A stretch of 29,490 bases of DNA from positions 1 through 29,490 of the IMG/VR virus record IMGVR_UViG_3300042347_001054; one strand, 5' to 3'. Of the stretch, positions 22,046 to 29,490 are shown piece after piece (positions within the stretch are counted from its first letter, which is position 1; each line of letters starts with the position of its first letter). The notes under the pieces were generated by a model, which made no database searches, was not told the DNA's origin, and was given only the letters and a program-made list of their open reading frames with translations. The position numbers and the translations under genes are program-made. The DNA is from a virus (lineage: Duplodnaviria > Caudoviricetes).

Positions 22046-25000
22046 ATGGCAGCTCAAGACGCCGAACTTCAGCTTAAGGTAAGTCTTGACCTGTCATTTT
22101 TTAGGCAGCAATTAGCGACACTGGGAAGTGCGGCTGCTGGCTATCGACTGCCAATCAATATTAAGTTTGATCGCTTATCAATACAAAAAGAGCTTAACAC
22201 TCTTGGAGCCAATATCAAGAAGCGCACTTACCGCCTTAATGTTGAGACAAATATTGCAGCAGAAATCAGCAATGCCGAAAAGCTCGCAAAGGCTCTTAGT
22301 GACCTTGAACAAGCAAGTAAAAAGATTGGAGGCGTCAGCAAGAAAATGGCGCCAACTGGAATGGTTGGCGCTGTTATTGACGACAAAACAACATATAAAC
22401 AGCTTCAGGCTTTATACAAGTTCGCCAAAGAAGCGAACCTTCCATTTGAGCGACTTGCAAAAGGTGCAGCATCTAGCACTGAAGAACTAAAGCGCGTCTT
22501 GAGCGCCGGGTTTGGTGAAATTGGCGATGACGTAAAAGCTGGTATTGGCGCCGCATTAAAAGATGCGACAAGCACGCTTGCCCAGCTAGGCAAAGATATG
22601 GGCGAAACGCTACTCAAGGAAACCAAGAAGAGTCTTGGCATTGCATCGCCTTCCCGCGAATTCAAGAAGATTGGCGAAAACGTTGGAAAAGGCTTTGAGC
22701 TTGGCGCTGTTGGGTCCATGGATAAAGCCTTTGACGCGCTTGAGCGAAAACTTCAAGAAAGGCTTAAGAGGCTGCAGTCAATCCTTAGTCTTGCACCTTC
22801 TCGTCGAAGCGCTTTCCCTTTTGTTGCCACAGGGGGAGCCCTTGAGTCGGGCCCTATTGCGAGAGAAATTGACCAAGCCTATGCACAGATTGCCAAAATT
22901 CAAGAGCGCCGCCAAGGGCGATTAACAGCAGAGCGTGGAAGCTTGGCTCAGATAGCAGGGCGACTTTTGCCCCCCGCTCGCGACAGGTCGTTGCCCGCTG
23001 CTCGTGAAACTATTTTCCCTGGCGGCGGAGCTTTAGATCAAGTTACACAAGGCTTTGTTCAGTCATTAAGAAACACTCGTGACACTCTTGCTCGTAACTT
23101 CTCGGCCAATACTTATCTGCCAAGAGCCACTCGTGCATTAGCTACGTCCATGGACGTAGCTACGAAACAATTGAGTGGCACAAAAATCGCTGGGTTGCTT
23201 CCATCCAAAGAAATGATGGAGCCTTTACGTTTCCAAAGAGCGCAACAAAAAGCTGCTCAGATTGATGCAGAAAATATAGCAAGGGCACAAGCGGAACAGG
23301 CGCTAAATCAGCAAAATCTGCGCGGGATGTTCCAAGGAGTGCCACGTATCAATGCGCCAAGAGTTGGACAGGAAGAGACCCCGATAGGAAGGCACATACA
23401 AAACAAAATTGAACAGGCAATACAAAATGCTCGTCAAACACTAGGTCTTCCTCTCGGTCCTTCTTCTACTTTTGTACCCAGCCCCTTTGCTGGTGCCGCT
23501 ACGGTTCCGCCTCGGCAATTTTTTCAACCAACAATGCAAGCTGCGTTGCCACCAGCGGGAGGAACGGGACCAATTGCCGCAGCTCAGCGGAATATTGCAG
23601 AGATGCAAAAAAACAATGATCGGATGCTGGCGAGCACTAATAGAGCCATAGCGACTATTGACAGAATCATTGAAGCGGGTCGTAGTATAACTGGCAATGC
23701 TCCTTCTGCTCCTTCATCGCAAAGTGGATTTGCTGCTTGGTCCCAGCAAATGACCGCTAAATATGGCGGTGGCAATGTCCCTCCCGTTCCCCCTGTTCCT
23801 CCCGGAGGAGGCGGAGGCGGTGGCGGAGGCATGAGTGGATTTGGCGGCTTTGGTCGTGCGCTTGGCGGCGTTCCAAATCTTCCTGGTGCTGGCACTATTC
23901 GCGAGCTTGGCAGTGAATTTAGCTTTGCGACTAAACAAGTGTTGCTGTTTGGTCAAGCATATAAGCTTTTGGCTTTTATTCAAGATTTTCCTGGTCAAGT
24001 TTCAAGCGCCGTTTCACAGTTGCAAAGCTTTAGAAACACCTTGCTAAGCGTTACTGGTAGTGCTGGCGCTGCCGCCGACGCGAACGAATTCATTCTGGCC
24101 GCTGTCGAAAAATACAGCATTCCATTGCAATCTGCTCGTGATGGCTTTGCAAAATTGTTTGCTTCCATGGAGCCCGCTGGTTTTGCTGCTGGTGAAATTC
24201 AAAACCTTTTCCTGGGAGTTAGCAAGGCTGCTGCTACTTACGGCTTAAGTGCCGACAAGGTGGATCGCGTGAATTACGCTTTTGCTCAGATGGCCAGCAA
24301 AGGTCAAGTGATGAGCGAAGAACTGAAAGGGCAGTTGGGCGATGTGCTGCCTGGTGCTATGGGTATTTTTGCTGAGGCGGCTGGATTTAAAGGGCCAGAT
24401 GCTATTCAGAAATTTAGCAAAGCCTTGGAAGATGGCGTGTATAAAGGTGGCAAGATGCGCGAACTGTTGCGCAATGTTGGCGATGAAATGAACAGGGAAT
24501 TTGGCCCAGGAGCAGAAGGCGCGGCCAAGACTTTCCAGGGCGCCATTAACCGCATGCAAACGGCGACTACAAAGCTATACGAGAGCTTTGAGCCTGCTGC
24601 GATTGGCATCATGAATGCAGTAATGGTGCCATTTGTTCAGACGCTAAAAACCGCCACTGATGGTATTAATGCTTATTTCAGTGGGCAGCAAGCTGCCACA
24701 CCGGCAGCTCAAGAATTTGCGAATGTCCTAAAAACATTGGCACCTACGTTGGTTGGCATTGGTGAGAATCTTAAGTATGTATTCCAGCAAGTAGCAGTAT
24801 TAATCCAAGGTTTTGGCTCTTTTGCGTTGCAAATTGGAAGACTTCTCGCTCTTCCCATTGTTCGTTATCTTGCTGGCGCTTATGTGCAAACGCTTCTTTT
24901 GACAACAGCATTTAAGGCGCTTGCTACAAGTGGCCTTGGTGCCGCTCTTGTCGCAATTGGTCGATTTATTGCGCAGGGAGTTGTATATGCACAAGTAACA

Positions 25001-28000
25001 CTTGGAATGCGAGTGGCCACTCAGCAAACGACAGTCGCTATGTATCAATTTGGCACTGCAGTGCAAACAGTAATGATCAAGAGCGTTATTGGCATTGCGC
25101 TAGTTGCCATTGGCGCTCTTATCTCTAGGCTTGTTGAGCTTCAAAATGCGATGGCGTCCGTATCGGGACAAAGTAAAGCCATGGGAGACGCCGCCAAGGC
25201 GTCCGCAAAACTTGGAGATGTAGCTGGAGTGAAGGAAGCAATCGGAAATATGGAAGATAGAGTTCAAACCTATCAACGCATTAAGGGTGAACTTGATAAA
25301 ACAATTAAAAAAGACGCTGCCGGTAGTAGTTTTTACAGAGAAATCCCTACTGCGCTAGCGAAGGACTTGATGTCGCTCGGGTTGATAGTAGAAAGTTCAA
25401 TGAAGAAAGTAGGAGCTGGTTATAAAGTAAAAATAGGAGATTTGCGAGATGCTTATGGCTTGGCTGCAAAAAATGTTTCCGAATTTAATGGGGAAATCAA
25501 TAAATCGCAAAACTTAGTTGGAAAAGCTGAACAGCAGCAAAGAAAACTCAAGGAGCAAGGTGGACTTGGATTGGAACCAAAAGACGATAAAGCATTGAAG
25601 GGAGCGGATAAGCTCGCTAATCAACAACAACAACTTGCCATTGATGCTGCCAATAGGCAAAATGCTTTAGACAATGCACGCTTTGATCATCTTTTAAAGA
25701 TGAGCGAAAATGAATTTGAACAATGGAAATCCTTGCAAGACGCAAAATACGATTACGAACTGGCTGGACTAAATTCCATTGAAGCGCGGCAGCTTAAATT
25801 TCAAAAAGATTTACAACAAATTGAGATTAATCGCATTGAGGCGGTAAGAAAGGCTGCGCAAGCGGTAGCTCAAGCTCAGCAAGAAGTAATTACAACTCAA
25901 CGTACTGCTGCGGCCGCCGGAGGAACTACTGGTCTTTTCCAGGGTAGTACTGGCATTTCTAGCGGTCCGCATTTTGACGTAAGAAGGGCAAATGGTGGTG
26001 CAATTAGTGAAACAGAGGCTCGTGCTCTGTTCTCCGAAGAAGTGCGTCGTACATTAACGATGACTAGCCCCTATGGACCAAGAGTGGCTCCAGTGCCTGG
26101 AGCTAGCACTTTCCATCAAGGCGTTGATCTTGCTGGCCCCGCCAACACCCCCCTGAATCTTGCCCCCGGCTATTCGCTTCAAGGCGTAGCACAGGAAGGC
26201 GGCCTTGGTTACACAGCGCGTGTATCTGGCCCAACAGGGGAAATGTATAAAGTGGGACATATACAACCGCCAGGCGCTTCTTATACGCGCCAGCGTCGCT
26301 CTGAAAAGGCTGGTGGCAAAGAGGAAGAGGCGCAACTCCAGGCAAGTTTAAGAACCACTGAAATGCTTACCATCGCTCAAGATGGCTATACGCTTGCACT
26401 TGCCAAAACCGATGCTTTAATTAAGCAAAATATTACGACAATTTTCCCTGTAGCTGAGTTGCAGCTAGAAACTTCTTTGCTGAAAATGCGCAATCAGCTA
26501 CAAATGCAGGGAATGCCTTCTGAATATATTAAATACATGGAGGAATCCTTTAAGGCGGAATACGAGGCCAACGAAGCCAAGAAGACACACAATGTCACCA
26601 TTGACGAATATAAAAATAAAATCAAAGACTTGCAAGATAAGCAAGCAAAAGGAACCAAGTTAACCGCCGAAGAAGCTGCCTATTTGAAATACGCAGAAGA
26701 GCAAATCAAGAAAAATAAAGATGCATTGGCGACATTAACAGAGCAACAAAAAGCTTATCAAATTGCACAGCTTGAGAGCGCCATCGCAACGATGAAAAAC
26801 GCTGATGCGCTTAAGGCATTGGAAGAAGTTTCAGGGCGAATTAATCAAGCTGTAGAAGGCGTCACTGGGACTTACAAGGATATGTTTAAAGAAATTGCCA
26901 AGGGAGGCGATTCAGTGGAAGCGCTTAAAAAAGCGCAAGAAGCTTTGGCCGATCAAGCTTTGACAATGTTCTTTGACTTTGCAATGCAGCCAGTCGAGAA
27001 GTTCTTTAAGGACCAATTAGGGGCAATTTTTGGTGTGCCAGATGAAGAAGCGAAGCGGCAAGAGCAACTTACCGCCATGGAGAAGCAGCTTGCGGAATTA
27101 AAGATCGCACGTGAAACTCAACAAAGAATTGATAAAAACGTTGAAAAAGTAGCGAATGGTGGCGGTCCAGGCGCGCAGCAAGGCACGTCAGCTCCAGGCA
27201 TAGGCGGGATTATGGCCCCAGGAGGCATTGGCGACTACGCGGCGGGAGCTGTCACTCAATTACCAGAAGCATTGGGCTCTCTTACTGAAAGTGCCAATGC
27301 CTATTCGGAGGAGCTTGGCAAGGTTGATGCCTCGGTCTGGGGAAGCGCTATGAGTCTTGGTCAGGCAGGTGAACAGATGGGTCCCAATGGAGCGGCTGGT
27401 AAAACATGGCAACAAAGTTTGGGCAGCGTAGTGAGTGGCATTGGTATGGCGGCAGGAAGCATTATGGGCATCATGGCTGGTATCAATCAAGTGAAGGAGG
27501 GTGGCACTTCTAATGTGCTTGGCGGCATTGGCTCTATCATGACCAGCGTTGGAGGCTTACTAGGCGGATTCTCTGGAATGTTCGGAGGCGGGGGCGCCGG
27601 ACAATTTGGTACGAGCAGCTCATTTAATGGCACTGCCGATGCACTAGGAGCCGCCCCATTCGCCCCTAAAATTGGTGCTGTGTTTGCTAACGGAGGCATT
27701 GCTCGTGGTGGCTTTCGTGCTTTCGCCAATGGTGGCGTAGTGAACGGCCCCACTCTTGGCCTTATGGGCGAGGGGCGTTACAACGAAGCCATTGTTCCTC
27801 TTCCCGATGGCAAGAGCATTCCCGTGCAAATGCGTAGTCAGTCTTCTCGCGATCTACTCGCGGGCAATGCCCGCCAACAATCATCTTCTCCCGTGCTTTC
27901 CATGAGCTTCCAAACCACTAAATTTGGCGACAGGGAATACGTGGATGTGGCACAGCTTCAAGCGGCAATGGCTGAAACCCGTAAAATGGCTGCTCGTGAC

Positions 28001-28081
28001 GGTGCCAATCGTGGAGCTTCGCTAGCCTTAGACAAGCTTCAGAATTCTCCTTCTGCTCGTCGTAAAGTGGGCATGCGTTAA
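22046..28081 (+). CDS. Tail tape measure protein (2011 aa) with embedded M23-like peptidase domain
   Basis: Tape measure motif AFAQMASKGQVMSEELKGQLGDVLPG, hydrophobic segment, coiled coils, C-terminal FANGG...GE...EAIVPL. Confidence 0.93.
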   Translation: MAAQDAELQLKVSLDLSFFRQQLATLGSAAAGYRLPINIKFDRLSIQKELNTLGANIKKRTYRLNVETNIAAEISNAEKLAKALSDLEQASKKIGGVSKKMAPTGMVGAVIDDKTTYKQLQALYKFAKEANLPFERLAKGAASSTEELKRVLSAGFGEIGDDVKAGIGAALKDATSTLAQLGKDMGETLLKETKKSLGIASPSREFKKIGENVGKGFELGAVGSMDKAFDALERKLQERLKRLQSILSLAPSRRSAFPFVATGGALESGPIAREIDQAYAQIAKIQERRQGRLTAERGSLAQIAGRLLPPARDRSLPAARETIFPGGGALDQVTQGFVQSLRNTRDTLARNFSANTYLPRATRALATSMDVATKQLSGTKIAGLLPSKEMMEPLRFQRAQQKAAQIDAENIARAQAEQALNQQNLRGMFQGVPRINAPRVGQEETPIGRHIQNKIEQAIQNARQTLGLPLGPSSTFVPSPFAGAATVPPRQFFQPTMQAALPPAGGTGPIAAAQRNIAEMQKNNDRMLASTNRAIATIDRIIEAGRSITGNAPSAPSSQSGFAAWSQQMTAKYGGGNVPPVPPVPPGGGGGGGGGMSGFGGFGRALGGVPNLPGAGTIRELGSEFSFATKQVLLFGQAYKLLAFIQDFPGQVSSAVSQLQSFRNTLLSVTGSAGAAADANEFILAAVEKYSIPLQSARDGFAKLFASMEPAGFAAGEIQNLFLGVSKAAATYGLSADKVDRVNYAFAQMASKGQVMSEELKGQLGDVLPGAMGIFAEAAGFKGPDAIQKFSKALEDGVYKGGKMRELLRNVGDEMNREFGPGAEGAAKTFQGAINRMQTATTKLYESFEPAAIGIMNAVMVPFVQTLKTATDGINAYFSGQQAATPAAQEFANVLKTLAPTLVGIGENLKYVFQQVAVLIQGFGSFALQIGRLLALPIVRYLAGAYVQTLLLTTAFKALATSGLGAALVAIGRFIAQGVVYAQVTLGMRVATQQTTVAMYQFGTAVQTVMIKSVIGIALVAIGALISRLVELQNAMASVSGQSKAMGDAAKASAKLGDVAGVKEAIGNMEDRVQTYQRIKGELDKTIKKDAAGSSFYREIPTALAKDLMSLGLIVESSMKKVGAGYKVKIGDLRDAYGLAAKNVSEFNGEINKSQNLVGKAEQQQRKLKEQGGLGLEPKDDKALKGADKLANQQQQLAIDAANRQNALDNARFDHLLKMSENEFEQWKSLQDAKYDYELAGLNSIEARQLKFQKDLQQIEINRIEAVRKAAQAVAQAQQEVITTQRTAAAAGGTTGLFQGSTGISSGPHFDVRRANGGAISETEARALFSEEVRRTLTMTSPYGPRVAPVPGASTFHQGVDLAGPANTPLNLAPGYSLQGVAQEGGLGYTARVSGPTGEMYKVGHIQPPGASYTRQRRSEKAGGKEEEAQLQASLRTTEMLTIAQDGYTLALAKTDALIKQNITTIFPVAELQLETSLLKMRNQLQMQGMPSEYIKYMEESFKAEYEANEAKKTHNVTIDEYKNKIKDLQDKQAKGTKLTAEEAAYLKYAEEQIKKNKDALATLTEQQKAYQIAQLESAIATMKNADALKALEEVSGRINQAVEGVTGTYKDMFKEIAKGGDSVEALKKAQEALADQALTMFFDFAMQPVEKFFKDQLGAIFGVPDEEAKRQEQLTAMEKQLAELKIARETQQRIDKNVEKVANGGGPGAQQGTSAPGIGGIMAPGGIGDYAAGAVTQLPEALGSLTESANAYSEELGKVDASVWGSAMSLGQAGEQMGPNGAAGKTWQQSLGSVVSGIGMAAGSIMGIMAGINQVKEGGTSNVLGGIGSIMTSVGGLLGGFSGMFGGGGAGQFGTSSSFNGTADALGAAPFAPKIGAVFANGGIARGGFRAFANGGVVNGPTLGLMGEGRYNEAIVPLPDGKSIPVQMRSQSSRDLLAGNARQQSSSPVLSMSFQTTKFGDREYVDVAQLQAAMAETRKMAARDGANRGASLALDKLQNSPSARRKVGMR

Positions 28082-28083
28082 TT

Positions 28084-28518
28084 ATGGCAGACTTTCCTTC
28101 TAACGTTTCTCCCGCTCGTAAAGTGGATGATATCAAGGCGAATGATGCCATTCGCCCCACGTCTCGTCGTTTTACGATGGGCATCTATCCAGTGAAAGCT
28201 TATACAAGCTTGTCTGGTAAGACTGTTCGCAGAAGTTTTGGCAATAAAGCATCGGGCTATACGCTTGAACTAACGTTTGAAAACGTGGATGAAGGTGTGC
28301 TTAATACTATTTTTGATCACTACCATGGTCAATATGGCTCCACCGAAGGATTTCGCATACCAAGGGAATTGTTTTCTGGTTACAAAAAAGATGCAACGTT
28401 CGATAACTTTCGCACTATTCCTAATGTGAGATGGTTTTACGCTGATTCCCCGCAAGTAGAAAGCACAGTGTTAGCACTAAGCACTATTTCTATTACTTTC
28501 ATTGGAGACTTGGTATGA
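28084..28518 (+). CDS. Distal tail protein-like
   Basis: First gene after the tape measure; P..R.F..G, L.LTF.N, HY...G...F and W.Y...P pattern. Confidence 0.65.
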   Translation: MADFPSNVSPARKVDDIKANDAIRPTSRRFTMGIYPVKAYTSLSGKTVRRSFGNKASGYTLELTFENVDEGVLNTIFDHYHGQYGSTEGFRIPRELFSGYKKDATFDNFRTIPNVRWFYADSPQVESTVLALSTISITFIGDLV

Positions 28519-29003
28519 CGACCATTCGCGCGGCTCAATTTTTTGAGCTAATTATGTACGATAGCGATGGCAATAAGACCAGTACAAACTACTATCAGAA
28601 CTATTTTATTGGTGAAACGAAGCAAGTTCCAGGAAGTAATGTAAGGTATACTTTTGCTCCATTTCGCATTGAAGGAACTGTAGCCAATCTTGGCGGAGAT
28701 AATGCAATGATGCAGCTTTTGCTACCAAATGATGCATTTGCTATGCGCATTGTGGAGCAAGGCAATGGAAACAGGCTAAGTCGTCTTACCTTAACCACTT
28801 ACTGGCTCAACGCTATTAATGCGTTCACAGGCGCATCATATAGGGAGCAGTATATTGGCATTGGCTCTGCTTTTTCGGACACCACCATTGAACTGCGATT
28901 TAGAAGTTCAATGGATAGCGTGGGAGGACAGTTTCCTCGTGCTACGTTCTCCCGCAGCTTAGTTGGACCATTGCCGACAAGTGCAGAAATTTCACTGCGA
29001 TGA
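28515..29003 (+). CDS. Tail tip protein (lambda gpL / DUF1833-like position)
   Basis: YQNYF, Y.FAPF and L.SSMD.V..QFPR...LVGPLP pattern; lies between the Dit-like and NlpC/P60 genes. Confidence 0.6.
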   Translation: MTTIRAAQFFELIMYDSDGNKTSTNYYQNYFIGETKQVPGSNVRYTFAPFRIEGTVANLGGDNAMMQLLLPNDAFAMRIVEQGNGNRLSRLTLTTYWLNAINAFTGASYREQYIGIGSAFSDTTIELRFRSSMDSVGGQFPRATFSRSLVGPLPTSAEISLR

Positions 29004-29404
29004 GCTTTGTTTGTTTCAATGATTTAATTGGTCTTCCGTATCAATGGAGGAAGAAGCCTGATGAAGGGGCCACTGATTGTTTACAGCTAATGAGCGAAGC
29101 AAGAAGAAGGCTTGGTCTTTATGACTATTCGCAAGATTTCGAATGGATATACGAGAAATGGGAAGAAGAGAAATTTCCTGGTGCAATGATTGCAAGATGG
29201 ATGAAAGAAAATGCAGATCAGTGCAATGCTCGCGTTGGGGCAATGGGCTATTTATGTGGCAACACTGGAGGACTGGCCTTGGGCACAGTTATTGATGATG
29301 ATGGTTTTCTTTTCATCTCAGCAGGGGAGAAAGTTGTAAGGGCGAAGTTGTATAATTTGCCTAGAATACGTCTTTATTGGGGCAAGAAGGATGGCGGGGA
29401 ATAG
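29000..29404 (+). CDS. NlpC/P60-like tail tip assembly protein (lambda gpK C-domain analogue)
   Basis: DLIGLPY.W......DC..L motif. Confidence 0.75.
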   Translation: MSFVCFNDLIGLPYQWRKKPDEGATDCLQLMSEARRRLGLYDYSQDFEWIYEKWEEEKFPGAMIARWMKENADQCNARVGAMGYLCGNTGGLALGTVIDDDGFLFISAGEKVVRAKLYNLPRIRLYWGKKDGGE

Positions 29405-29490
29405 TTCTAATGATCGCCCGCTGCTTCCTTATGAACATGGTTTAATTGAAGCGCTTGGTGTAACGAAGCAAGAATATCTGGATTTTGTTT
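29391..29490 (+). CDS. Start of a tail tip / host specificity (gpJ-like) protein, truncated by window end
   Basis: MAGNSSNDRPLLPYEHGLIEALGVTKQEYLDFV, open to the window edge; the LLPYE..LI..LG....EY start is recalled from cyanosiphovirus tail proteins. Confidence 0.6.
   Translation, partial: MAGNSSNDRPLLPYEHGLIEALGVTKQEYLDFV

Noticed and set aside
1-29490. Stop-codon reassignment, CRISPR array, integrase, intron/intein or reverse transcriptase system
   Set aside because: Genes are intact under the standard code and end in TAA, TAG and TGA; no repeat-spacer array or such domains were seen.
1-29490. Apparent frequency of GGCGCC and scarcity of some palindromes such as CCGG
   Set aside because: Impression only; it needs a Markov-corrected k-mer count, which I cannot run.

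Overview
This window is part of a tailed dsDNA phage genome, most likely a siphovirus of picocyanobacteria. The host inference rests on a cyanophage-type class I RNR, a glutamine-II riboswitch with a DUF4278-like peptide, a DUF3721-like module and a cyanosiphovirus-like tail tip. Gene order: end of nrdA, nrdB, a structured non-coding region ending in an atypical tRNA-like cloverleaf, small ORFs and a metallophosphoesterase; then on the minus strand a riboswitch-led peptide, tRNA-Leu(UAA) with a structured leader, the terminase large subunit and a PD-(D/E)XK-like protein. The plus strand continues with a portal carrying a ~325-aa multi-domain extension, a gpF/gp7-like head protein, a 7-gene sugar-modification/glycosyltransferase island inside the head module, a small head-region gene with a full -1 frameshift signal, an XRE regulator, protease/scaffold, decoration protein, major capsid, neck, tail tube, frameshifted tail chaperones, a 2011-aa tape measure and tail-tip genes. 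Best candidates for new biology: (1) a head-cargo system in which small basic domains, fused to the portal or joined by a second programmed -1 frameshift, are bounded by a recurring [RK]-x-D motif that also marks the capsid and scaffold (putative protease sites); (2) a probable virion-glycosylation island; (3) two structured RNAs, each directly upstream of a tRNA. Family names come from motif recognition by eye, not from database searches.
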